Assembly: GCA_963779225.1 (NCBI GenBank) | Contig: CAVZWW010000003.1 | Coordinates: 1,010,034 to 1,074,033 of the forward strand | DNA length: 64,000 nt | From: an uncultured Bacteroidota bacterium | GTDB lineage: Bacteria; Bacteroidota; Ignavibacteria; UBA10030; UBA6906 | Direction: 5' to 3' | Shown: piece by piece, positions 29,315-38,445 of the stretch | How positions within the stretch are numbered: position 1 is the first letter of the stretch | Layout: the number at the start of each line of letters is the position of its first letter | Position numbers and translations under genes: made by a program | Notes under the pieces: model-generated | The model's input: only the letters and a program-made list of their open reading frames with translations | Told to the model about the DNA's origin: nothing | Database searches by the model: none

Positions 29315-30325
29315 ATGAGAACGACCGTTGTAGTTTTGGTGATTGTGCTTTGTTGTGCCGTGGCTCTTCCCTCGTCCGCGGTGGCGCAGAAGAAGCTCGC
29401 GCAGACCGGAATGAAATTCCTGAACATCCTGCCGGACGCGCGCGCCATTGCTCTCGGTGAAGCATATACAGCTGTGGAAGGATCGGCATCCACGCTGTTC
29501 TTCAATACATCCAGCATGGCACGTCTGAAGGGATTTACAAGCGTCTTTCTCGCACGGACCAACTGGATCGCGGATATGAGCCACATGTATGCCGCGGCCG
29601 CATTCAGCCCGTATGACGGAGAATACGGCGTGATCGGGTTCTTCTTCCAGTCGGTGGATTATGGAACATTTGAGGAAACCATCCGGTCAACGAACGATCG
29701 CGGGTATCTTGATCTTGGCACATTCAAGCCGACGGGCATCATGTTCGGGGTTGGTTATGCGCGCGCGCTCAACGACAAATTCTCGGTCGGCGGTAATGTG
29801 AAGTATGTCCGCCAGTCGCTTGGCGATGCCACGAATGAACTGGCGGCCGATGGCACTCCCATAAAAGTGTCGAATACCACCAGTGTGTTTGCCTTTGATT
29901 TCGGCATCCTGTACAGAACCGGTTTCAAGAGTCTGAACTTCGGCATGACGGTCCGGAATTTTGCGAAAGAAGTGGTATACCAGAAGGAAGGGTTCCAGCT
30001 GCCGCTCACGTTCAGGATCGGCGTGTCGATGAACGTGCTCGACCTGACCGACATCGAACCACAGATGCACCAGTTCCTGGTCGCCGCAGACGCAGAACAT
30101 CCCCGCGACTTCCCGGAGATGCTGCGAGTGGGAGGCGAATACAGATTCCTGGATATCCTCTCCCTGCGGGTCGGCTATGTGTCATCGGCCGATGAGTATG
30201 GTGTGTCGTACGGTGCCGGCGTGCGCAAGGATTTCGACTCATTCGGTTTCGGCTTTGATTATGCCTATGTGCCGTTCGGCGTATTTGACGCCGTACACCG
30301 TTTCTCTTTCCAGTTCTCGTTGTAG
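29315..30325 (+). CDS. PorV/PorQ (UPF0164) family outer-membrane beta-barrel (module 3)
   Basis: Signal peptide; KLAQTGMKFLNILPDARAIALGEAY, FSVGGNVKY, LPLTFRIGV and FDYAY..VHRFSFQFSL. Confidence 0.85.
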   Translation: MRTTVVVLVIVLCCAVALPSSAVAQKKLAQTGMKFLNILPDARAIALGEAYTAVEGSASTLFFNTSSMARLKGFTSVFLARTNWIADMSHMYAAAAFSPYDGEYGVIGFFFQSVDYGTFEETIRSTNDRGYLDLGTFKPTGIMFGVGYARALNDKFSVGGNVKYVRQSLGDATNELAADGTPIKVSNTTSVFAFDFGILYRTGFKSLNFGMTVRNFAKEVVYQKEGFQLPLTFRIGVSMNVLDLTDIEPQMHQFLVAADAEHPRDFPEMLRVGGEYRFLDILSLRVGYVSSADEYGVSYGAGVRKDFDSFGFGFDYAYVPFGVFDAVHRFSFQFSL

Positions 30326-30365
30326 AAACGTGATTCCGCAAACGATTGACAACAGGACACGACGT

Positions 30366-31568
30366 ATGAAACCCTATGTACGTATCCTTCTTCTTTCCGG
30401 CCTGGCCGGACTTGTTCTGGGAGTGTTCGGGGGCTGCAAGGAAGATCCTCCCACCAGCCTCTATGACCTGCCACGCGAGACACGCCCGCAACCGGTCATT
30501 ACGAGCATTGACCCTCCGGCGAGTGCGCTGGCGGGGGTGACCGCCATTACCATCACGGGAAGCAACTTCTCAGCGGTGAAGGAGGAGAATCTTGTCTATT
30601 TTGATGCAACGCTGGCATCGATCCTGAGCGCCTCGGCGACGCAACTTGTGGTGCGTGCGCCTAATCTCGTAAAGGACTCCGTCACACTTCGTGTGATGGT
30701 CTACAAGGGTGAATTGTTCAGCACACCGCGACAGTATCAGCTCGTTGCGACGGTCGAACCGTTCGGGGGTCTCGCCCAAATCGAGGAACCATACGGCGTG
30801 ACAGCTGATGCGGCAGGCAACATCTATGTGTCCATCGTCTCGGGCGGGACGGGCGTTGGGGTGAAGAAGATCACTCCTGCCGGCGTGAAGTCGGACTATT
30901 CGCCGGCCACCCCGGGCGTGACCCGGTGGTCCGGGATGAAGATTGGACCGGGCGGCGTTCTGTACACCGCACGCATCCTCCGCGTCATCTATCAGATCCC
31001 CGCGGGAGGAGGGGCGGCGGCGATCTGGGTCACCGGCTCCGCCATCGGATCGATCTATGATATGGATTTCGATGCGGATGGAAATTGCTGGGCCGTTGGG
31101 AACAACACGTCGATCTACAGGGTGAAGCAGGACAAGACCATCAAGCCGTTCGCTTTCACCGGGAATGTCCGTGCCGTCCGGATTTACAACGGGTACGTTT
31201 ACCTCGGCGGGAAGGTTGATGCAACAGAAGGTGTGTGGCGTGCACAGATCATCAATGCGGACAGTCTGGGGGCATTCGAACAGTATTTCGATTTTACGGC
31301 GAAATACCCCACCGGGCTTGTCAATGCGCTGACCTTTGCCGCCGACGGCGATATGTACATCGGTACCGATGCGGACGAGGCTATTGTCATCGTGCACCCG
31401 GGCAAGGTGTCGGAGCCGCTGTATCCGGGTTTGTTCGCGCCGACGACCTTTGCATTTACGTGGGGGCTCGCTGACGATATGTACGTCGTCAGAACGGTGA
31501 ACACGCCGGCCCTTCTGAAAGTGCGCATGCTGAAAAACGGTGCACCGTATTACGGGAGGCAGCTCTAG
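30366..31568 (+). CDS. Lipoprotein with IPT/TIG domain and NHL/SMP-30-like beta-propeller
   Basis: Lipobox VFGG-C followed by KED; PVITSIDP..ITITGSNFS (IPT/TIG); PYGVTADAAGNIYV and DMDFDADGN blades. Confidence 0.85.
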   Translation: MKPYVRILLLSGLAGLVLGVFGGCKEDPPTSLYDLPRETRPQPVITSIDPPASALAGVTAITITGSNFSAVKEENLVYFDATLASILSASATQLVVRAPNLVKDSVTLRVMVYKGELFSTPRQYQLVATVEPFGGLAQIEEPYGVTADAAGNIYVSIVSGGTGVGVKKITPAGVKSDYSPATPGVTRWSGMKIGPGGVLYTARILRVIYQIPAGGGAAAIWVTGSAIGSIYDMDFDADGNCWAVGNNTSIYRVKQDKTIKPFAFTGNVRAVRIYNGYVYLGGKVDATEGVWRAQIINADSLGAFEQYFDFTAKYPTGLVNALTFAADGDMYIGTDADEAIVIVHPGKVSEPLYPGLFAPTTFAFTWGLADDMYVVRTVNTPALLKVRMLKNGAPYYGRQL

Positions 31569-31802
31569 AGGGGGGAGGGTGCGGGAAGGGGAGCGGAAAA
31601 CAGCAGCCTCCGCAAGGCGGGCAACAAAGAGCAAGTATCAGGCAATAGGTCGCACGCAACCAGAAAAAGGCGTCACCTCACAAACAACAGATAACACGCA
31701 GCAAGCAACAACCTGCAAGCAACCTGTAAGAAGTTACAGGTGGTGGGTAGTCTGCAGGTGAAGGAGGTCCGTATCCATATCATCAACCGAAAGGAGTCAC
31801 TT

Positions 31803-33245
31803 ATGAAGGCAGTATACACGGTAATTCTCATGACGCTGGTGCTGGCGGCTGCGGCGTTTTCGCAGTCGTACACCTGGCAGCATATGGGCAAGTTTCCGCC
31901 CTCCGCTGACACACTGCATGGCCCCGGTGCCCACGGCATCGCCGTAGATCCCGACGGAAAGGTCTGGATTCAGCACTATTATGCGCTTTCCAAAGACAGC
32001 CTTCTTGTCCCCAACTATATGCTGGATGTGGACACCAGTTCGGTGGACAGCGTTGTAGCCCGGAATGTGGTCGTCCGGACATTGCACGTCTACAATGCCG
32101 ATGGCAGTGAAGCGGCCATTTCCCCCATTTTCTCCATCCCCTTCGGCAGCACGAGAGACACCATTGGCGGTGGATCGATCACCGTGAACGGGAAACTTGT
32201 GTGGAGCAGCACGGGTAATGGGGGGGGCGGAGCCGGCGCCGGTTTGCGCGCGGATCCCGAGGGGAATATCTGGGCGGTGTTCGGTTCCAAGGTCTACCGG
32301 ATCGATTACAAGACCGGTGCGGGTCTGGCAAAGTTCTTCGACCCCACGCCGGCAAGGGGAACGCTGGTTGCTCCCGGCATCGATCAGGATGGCAATGTGT
32401 ACATCAACCGTGTCGTGACAGATGGATATCCCATGTTTGTGTTTGACAAGAATGGAGCGTTCCTGCAAAACGCCCGCGATACGCTGAGAGGGTTTTCACG
32501 CGCAAGCGAGGTGAGCAAAGATGGAAACGACATTTACTACGCCGGGTTCACCCTTAATGCCATTATCCGGTACCACAACACCGCCATGTCGGGAGTTCTC
32601 GGCCCGTGGGATCGGGTGGACACCTTGCTCAAGGGATTTACTTGCGAGTCGATTGCATGGAACCCCAAGACCGGCCACCTGTGGGCAAGCTCGGGATCAT
32701 ACAACAATCTGCCCAACGCCTATCCCGGGGAAACCACAACGTGGGTGCCCAATGTATGGTACGCCTACGATACGGCGACGGATCAGCTTACCGGTGAGAC
32801 GATCAGCTGGGAATTTGGCGTGCCGCAGAACGTTAACGAACGGCCCCGTGGCATCGCGTTCAGCCCGGGAGGCGATACGGCCTACGTCATCGTGTTCGGC
32901 GGCAACGCACCTCCCCCTCCCGGCGTTCGCTGGTACAAGAGAGTGCTGACGAGCGTCGAACCGGTGGAAAGCGGCATCCCCAATGGCTATACGATGTCGC
33001 AGAACTACCCGAACCCCTTCAACCCGTCGACGGAAATCGTCTTTGCATTGCCGAAAGCGGGATTTACCACGGTGAAGGTGTATGATGTGCTCGGCAAGGA
33101 AGTCGCAACACTGGTCAACGAGAATCTTGGCGTCGGTACATTCAAGACTACGCTTGACGGATCGCGCCTCTCTTCCGGCACGTATATCTACACACTGACA
33201 TCCGGTAGCACGCGCATCACCAAGAAGATGATGTTGGTGAAATAG
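31803..33245 (+). CDS. T9SS type-A cargo, beta-propeller, function unknown
   Basis: AAGGAG SD; signal peptide; HGIAVDPDGKVW and RPRGIAFSPGGDTAYV; SQNYPNPFNPST CTD. Confidence 0.85.
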   Translation: MKAVYTVILMTLVLAAAAFSQSYTWQHMGKFPPSADTLHGPGAHGIAVDPDGKVWIQHYYALSKDSLLVPNYMLDVDTSSVDSVVARNVVVRTLHVYNADGSEAAISPIFSIPFGSTRDTIGGGSITVNGKLVWSSTGNGGGGAGAGLRADPEGNIWAVFGSKVYRIDYKTGAGLAKFFDPTPARGTLVAPGIDQDGNVYINRVVTDGYPMFVFDKNGAFLQNARDTLRGFSRASEVSKDGNDIYYAGFTLNAIIRYHNTAMSGVLGPWDRVDTLLKGFTCESIAWNPKTGHLWASSGSYNNLPNAYPGETTTWVPNVWYAYDTATDQLTGETISWEFGVPQNVNERPRGIAFSPGGDTAYVIVFGGNAPPPPGVRWYKRVLTSVEPVESGIPNGYTMSQNYPNPFNPSTEIVFALPKAGFTTVKVYDVLGKEVATLVNENLGVGTFKTTLDGSRLSSGTYIYTLTSGSTRITKKMMLVK

Positions 33246-33276
33246 CATGCTTTTCGGTTTTGTGTAAGGTACCAGG

Positions 33277-33317
33277 CAGAGGCATCCCGCTCGGGCGGGA
33301 TGCCTCTGTCGTATTTT
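33277..33317 (+). terminator. Intrinsic terminator candidate
   Basis: 14-bp stem CAGAGGCATCCCGC / GCGGGATGCCTCTG, 4-nt loop, followed by TCGTATTTT. Confidence 0.65.
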
Positions 33318-33392
33318 ACAGGAGATAGACGTATATTACCAGATATTCTTCAACGACGAAACCGTAAGTCAGGGGAAAGAAGGAAAGCCGCA

Positions 33393-35762
33393 ATGAAGAT
33401 TGTGTACCACTTGCTTGTCGTCTTTTTGCTGTTGTCGGTTGTTGTCCCTGCCTCGTCACAAACTCCCCCCAAGCGGGAATTCCGCGCGGCATGGGTGGCT
33501 TCGGTCACGAATCTGGACTGGCCCTCCGCGCCGGGCGGAACACCGGCAACACAAAAGACACAGCTGGTGAACCTCCTGGATGCATTACAGGCGGCCGGTA
33601 TCAATGTGGTCATCTTCCAGGTCCGGCCGGAGTGTGACGCCCTGTATGCATCCCCCTACGAGCCCTGGTCGTACTACCTGACGGGCGCGCAAGGTGCCGG
33701 TCCGAACCCCGCTTATGATCCGCTGCAATTCGCGGTGGAAGAAGCGCACAAACGGGGGATGGAATTGCATGCATGGTTCAACCCCTACAGGGCCGTGCGA
33801 AGCATCGGCCAATATCCCATTGCCGCATCGCATGTTTCTGCAGCGCATCCGGACTGGATCCTGACGTTTCCCAGCACTAAGCTCAAGATCTTGAATCCCG
33901 GCCTCCAGGACGTACGGGACCATGTGGCCAGGATTGTCGCGGATATTGTCAGGCGGTACGATGTGGACGGCGTCCACGCTGACGACTATTTCTACCCCTA
34001 CGATCCCATTATCACCAATGAAGACGCCGCCACGTTTGCGGCATACCCGAGAGGTTTTGTCAACATCGGCGACTGGCGCCGCGACAACGTGAACCTGCTC
34101 ATGAAAATGGTGACTGACAGCATCGCCGCCATCAAACCCTTCGTCAAGTTCGGTATGAGCCCGTTCGGGATCTGGAAAAACGGCGTCCCTCCGGGAATCA
34201 TCGGTCTGGATGCGTACAACACCATCTACGGAGACGCGATTGCCTGGCTGCAGCAACGGAGTGTCGACTACCTGACACCGCAACTCTACTGGCCGATCGG
34301 GGGTAACCAGGACTATGTGCGGTTGATGAACTGGTGGGCCGATTCCTGTGCCTCCAATGGACGCCATCTTTATCCGGGACACGGGGCATATCGCATTCCT
34401 TCATGGTCCGCCGGCGAGCTGCCGGCGCAGATACGCCTGAACCGGGGGAATCCCAAGGCCGGCGGGAGCGTGTTCTTCAGAGCCTATCAGGGCGTTCTGG
34501 ACAACCCGAAGGGTTTTCTGGATTCGCTGCGGAATGATTTCTACAAGTATCCTTCGCTCCTGCCATCCATGGCGTGGAAGGATATTGTGCCCCCCTACAT
34601 GCCGCGGAACATACGGTACGACAAACCGTCACCGGCGGAGACTGCGGCACTTCTCTGGGATCTTCCGCTCACGGCGCCTGACGGCGATACCGCCTCGCGC
34701 TATGCAGTCTACCGGTTTGACCATACCCCCGCACTACCGGCTGATCTCGCCGATGCGCAACACCTGCTGGCTGTTGTGGGCGCACGGCTGTACACCCCGC
34801 CGACTCCTCCCCCGGGTGGACCGTACTCATATGTTGTCACAGCGCTCGACCGCAACTTCAATGAAAGCGAACCGAGTACTGTGCTCGTTCTCGGGGCACC
34901 GCCTGTGCCCGTCCTGGCGACGCCCGCAAACGGAACATCCGCGGTTGCCGAGAGCGTGCTGGTCACCTGGCGGAGTGTGACACTTGCTTCCTTCTATCAT
35001 CTCCAGGTGGCGACCGATTCATCCTTTGCCGCGGCGCTTGTCGTGAATGATTCCACAATCACCGATACCGTGAAGACGGTGCGCGGATATGCAGGTCTCT
35101 CCAGTATCTACTGGCGTGTCCGGTCAAAGAATGGTGCCGGTGTGTCAGACTTTTCGGATCCGTTTGTTTTTGCTTCAGGGTTCCCTGCGGTAACTGTCCC
35201 CGTGTACCCGGCCAATTCGGCACTTGATGTGCCGGTCCAGATTACCCTGTGCTGGGGCAACACCGCCGGGGCTACCTCGTACCGGGTGCAAATGGCGATC
35301 TCATCCAACTTTACACCAACAGTTGTGGACACGGCCAATCTGAGTGATACGACGTTCACTCCCGGGCTCCTCGACTACTACAAGATCTACTTCTGGAGGG
35401 TCAAGGCCTCCAACACCCTCGGGGCCGCCGAATGGTCTCCATACTATCGTTTCCGGACGGTCCAGGTGACCACGGTGGATCGCCAGGATCTGGTGCCGGA
35501 GGCGTATGCGCTGAGCCAGAACTATCCTAACCCGTTCAATCCCACGACCACGATTCAGATCGCCGTCCCTTCCGCGGGGCGTGTCGTCTTGAAAGTGTTC
35601 GACGTTCTGGGGAGGGAAGAGACCACGCTCGTGGACGCCGATATGCCCGCAGGCAGCTACACCGTCACGTTCGATGCAAGTCGTCTGGCAAGCGGGACCT
35701 ATTTCTACCGTATGCAGGCGGGGGAATTTGTGGCGACGAAGCGGATGCTTCTCCTTCGATAG
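33393..35762 (+). CDS. T9SS-secreted DigH/YddW-like glycoside hydrolase (GHL10/DUF187) with FN3-like domains
   Basis: EFRAAWVASVTNLDWPS, FQVRP, MELHAWFNPYR, YDVDGVHADDYFYP and DYLTPQLYW; FN3-like repeats; SQNYPNPFNP CTD. Confidence 0.88.
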   Translation: MKIVYHLLVVFLLLSVVVPASSQTPPKREFRAAWVASVTNLDWPSAPGGTPATQKTQLVNLLDALQAAGINVVIFQVRPECDALYASPYEPWSYYLTGAQGAGPNPAYDPLQFAVEEAHKRGMELHAWFNPYRAVRSIGQYPIAASHVSAAHPDWILTFPSTKLKILNPGLQDVRDHVARIVADIVRRYDVDGVHADDYFYPYDPIITNEDAATFAAYPRGFVNIGDWRRDNVNLLMKMVTDSIAAIKPFVKFGMSPFGIWKNGVPPGIIGLDAYNTIYGDAIAWLQQRSVDYLTPQLYWPIGGNQDYVRLMNWWADSCASNGRHLYPGHGAYRIPSWSAGELPAQIRLNRGNPKAGGSVFFRAYQGVLDNPKGFLDSLRNDFYKYPSLLPSMAWKDIVPPYMPRNIRYDKPSPAETAALLWDLPLTAPDGDTASRYAVYRFDHTPALPADLADAQHLLAVVGARLYTPPTPPPGGPYSYVVTALDRNFNESEPSTVLVLGAPPVPVLATPANGTSAVAESVLVTWRSVTLASFYHLQVATDSSFAAALVVNDSTITDTVKTVRGYAGLSSIYWRVRSKNGAGVSDFSDPFVFASGFPAVTVPVYPANSALDVPVQITLCWGNTAGATSYRVQMAISSNFTPTVVDTANLSDTTFTPGLLDYYKIYFWRVKASNTLGAAEWSPYYRFRTVQVTTVDRQDLVPEAYALSQNYPNPFNPTTTIQIAVPSAGRVVLKVFDVLGREETTLVDADMPAGSYTVTFDASRLASGTYFYRMQAGEFVATKRMLLLR

Positions 35763-35908
35763 GGACCAGGTGCCTGAGGCCATGCACCTCCGGCCGGATG
35801 GGGAGAGTTGCCGACACGGGAGTCACGACGGGAAATCCTGCGGGCCGCGGAATCTTCCTCCGGCATGCACTGCTGGAAAGTGAACAGGAATCATGAGAAG
35901 GTGTTTCT

Positions 35909-37153
35909 ATGAAACTGATCAAAAGCGGACGGGAATGGATCGGCGTTTGGCTGATCATGGCCTGTCTCTGTATAGCTACCGGCCTGGCGACGAGCACCGG
36001 AATCGCACAGACGACGGAGAATGGTATGATTGGTGATCTGATCAAAGAAGCACGGCTACAACTTGCGCCGGACCGGCGAACGACGGTTTTCAACGTACAT
36101 GCCGAAACACGGGGCCCGGTGACCATCCTGACGGGCGAAATCCACAGCCCGGCCCTCAAGGAACGGCTGCTCGGGCTCCTGAAAGAGAAAGGCATGACAT
36201 CCATCGTCGACAGCATCACCACCCTGCCACAACCATCACTGGGCGAGAAAACCTACGCGGTGGTCAGCCTCAGTGTGGCCAACATCAGAACCAAACCGGA
36301 CCATCCGGCGGAACTGGGAACCCAGGCGATTCTGGGAACACCTCTCCGGGTTTTGAAAAAGGAAGAGGGGGGATGGTACTATGTTCAGACGCCCGATGAG
36401 TATCTGGGATGGACGGACGACCGGATCGTGCTCATGACCGAGGCCGAATTTTCCGGCTGGGGGCGGCTGCCAAAGGTGATCATCACTACAGAATGGACCA
36501 TCGCGCGGGAAAAGCCGGAGGCAGGGAGCCAGGCGGTCAGCGACCTCGTTGCCGGATGTCTCCTTGCGCTCAAGGCGGATGCAGGTGCCTTCTATGAAGT
36601 CGGGTATCCAGACGGACGAAGTGCCTTTGTACAGAAAGAGGAAGCAGCACCCTATGCCCGGTGGCTCGAGCATGTGCAGGCAACGCCCGAAGCGATTGTG
36701 AGCACGGCAAAACGGTTCTTCGGAGTGCCATATTTCTGGGGAGGGACGTCTGCGAAATGCATGGATTGTTCCGGATTTACCAAGACGGTCTACTTCCTGA
36801 ACGGGCTCCTTCTCCCCCGGGATGCGAGCCAGCAGGTATTCGTCGGTGAACTTGTAGAGACGGCCGGCGATGTGAACCTCCGGCCGGGCGATCTGCTCTT
36901 CTTCGGGTTCAAGGCCACGCCGGAACGGCGCGAGCGTGTGACACACGTTGCCATCTCCCTCGGAGGGAAACGGTTTATCCACGCTTCAGGTGGGACGGGA
37001 GTTTGCGTCAACAGCCTTGATCCCGGGGAAGCAGACTACAGTGAATTCCGCGAGGAGACATTCCTCCGGGCAAAGAGAATCATCGGCAGTGCAAAAGAGT
37101 CCGGTGTGAAATCCCTGAGGGAACTCCCCTATTATGGCAGACAGGCACAGTAA
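35909..37153 (+). CDS. NlpC/P60 (C40) gamma-D-glutamyl endopeptidase, YkfC-like, with SH3b domains
   Basis: SVANIRTKP..ELGTQAILGTP..GWYYVQTPDEYLGW (SH3b); PYFWGGTSAKCMDCSG, LPRDASQQ, PGDLLFF, HVAI and FIHAS; N-terminal export signal. Confidence 0.92.
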   Translation: MKLIKSGREWIGVWLIMACLCIATGLATSTGIAQTTENGMIGDLIKEARLQLAPDRRTTVFNVHAETRGPVTILTGEIHSPALKERLLGLLKEKGMTSIVDSITTLPQPSLGEKTYAVVSLSVANIRTKPDHPAELGTQAILGTPLRVLKKEEGGWYYVQTPDEYLGWTDDRIVLMTEAEFSGWGRLPKVIITTEWTIAREKPEAGSQAVSDLVAGCLLALKADAGAFYEVGYPDGRSAFVQKEEAAPYARWLEHVQATPEAIVSTAKRFFGVPYFWGGTSAKCMDCSGFTKTVYFLNGLLLPRDASQQVFVGELVETAGDVNLRPGDLLFFGFKATPERRERVTHVAISLGGKRFIHASGGTGVCVNSLDPGEADYSEFREETFLRAKRIIGSAKESGVKSLRELPYYGRQAQ

Positions 37154-38336
37154 GCATCCTGCGCACCCGTCCCCCCCATCCTTCCTTCGAAACGAAGAGG
37201 GGGAGCCCGGGCAGCGTACCACGCGGCGTGATTTTCTCCGTTACGTAACTCTCGCAGGAGCGGCGGTCGCACTCGGCCCGCGCGCCGGCAATGTCCCTTC
37301 TTTCACCATTCCGGTCACCGACATGAAACTCCGATTCTACCCCTATACGCTCGAACTGAAACACGTCTTCACCATTGCCACCAGTTCCCGCACCACCACA
37401 CCCGTGATGATGGTGGAGGTGGAACAGGATGGCATCACCGGATACGGCGAGGCTTCCATGCCTCCATATCTGGGCGAAAGCCAGGAGAGTGCGCGCGCCT
37501 TTCTCTCGAAAGTTGACCTTTCGCGCTTTTCCTCCCCCTATACTCTTGAAGACGTGCTGGCGGATATTGATGCCATCGCCCCCGGGAATCCGGCCGCAAA
37601 AGCCGCGGTGGATATTGCGCTCCACGACTGGATCGGAAAGAAATTCGGGCAGCCCTGGTACCGCATCTGGGGACTGGATCCCGCCAAGACCCCGGTGACC
37701 TCTTTCACCATTGGGATCGACACACAGGAGGTCGTGCGGCAAAAGACCCGCGAGGCGGAGATCTACAAAGTGTTGAAGGTGAAACTGGGCCGCGAGACGG
37801 ACAGGATGATGATCGAAACGATCCGCGAGGTATCGGACAGTCCGATCTCGGTGGACGTCAACCAGGGATGGAAGGACCGGAATGAGGCTCTGAAGATGAT
37901 CGAGTGGCTGGCCACAAAGAATATTCTCTTCGTGGAACAGCCGATGCCGAAGGAACAGGTGGACGACATCGCCTGGCTCCGCGAGAAAAGCCCCCTGCCG
38001 TTGATCGGCGACGAGAGCGTGCAGCGCCTCCCGGATGTGCGGAAGGCCTGGGGAGTGTACGACGGCGTGAACATCAAGCTGATGAAGTGCACCGGTATGC
38101 GCGAAGCCTATAAGATGATCACGCTGGCAAGGGCGCTCGAGATGAAAGTGATGATCGGCTGCATGACCGAGACCTCCTGCGCCATTTCCGCAGCCGCGCA
38201 GATGTCGCCGCTGGTGGATTGGGCGGACCTGGACGGCGCGGTGCTCATCAAGAACGACCTGTTCGACGGCGCAACGATCGTGAACGGCAAGGTCACGCTT
38301 CCCGACCGTCCGGGGATCGGCGTTGTGAAGCACTAG
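37134..38336 (+). CDS. L-Ala-D/L-Glu dipeptide epimerase (enolase superfamily) with twin-arginine signal
   Basis: KVKLG, VDVNQGW, VEQP, GDES, NIKLMK, GCMTE and DLDG; N-terminal TTRRDFLR plus a hydrophobic stretch; adjacent to the YkfC-like gene, as in ykfBC. Confidence 0.9.
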   Translation: MADRHSKHPAHPSPPSFLRNEEGEPGQRTTRRDFLRYVTLAGAAVALGPRAGNVPSFTIPVTDMKLRFYPYTLELKHVFTIATSSRTTTPVMMVEVEQDGITGYGEASMPPYLGESQESARAFLSKVDLSRFSSPYTLEDVLADIDAIAPGNPAAKAAVDIALHDWIGKKFGQPWYRIWGLDPAKTPVTSFTIGIDTQEVVRQKTREAEIYKVLKVKLGRETDRMMIETIREVSDSPISVDVNQGWKDRNEALKMIEWLATKNILFVEQPMPKEQVDDIAWLREKSPLPLIGDESVQRLPDVRKAWGVYDGVNIKLMKCTGMREAYKMITLARALEMKVMIGCMTETSCAISAAAQMSPLVDWADLDGAVLIKNDLFDGATIVNGKVTLPDRPGIGVVKH

Positions 38337-38445
38337 CATCGGGCTTTTCCGCGCCCGGGCGCAACAAGCGCGGATGGATGTTCCCTATGTGGGCCCCGTA
38401 TCTTTGCGCAAAGAGGACAACGCGCCACCCCAACAAGGTATTCCC

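Noticed and set aside
31569-31802. CRISPR array or tandem repeat in the A/C-rich spacer
   Set aside because: Repeats are short and irregular with no spacer periodicity, and there are no cas genes in the window
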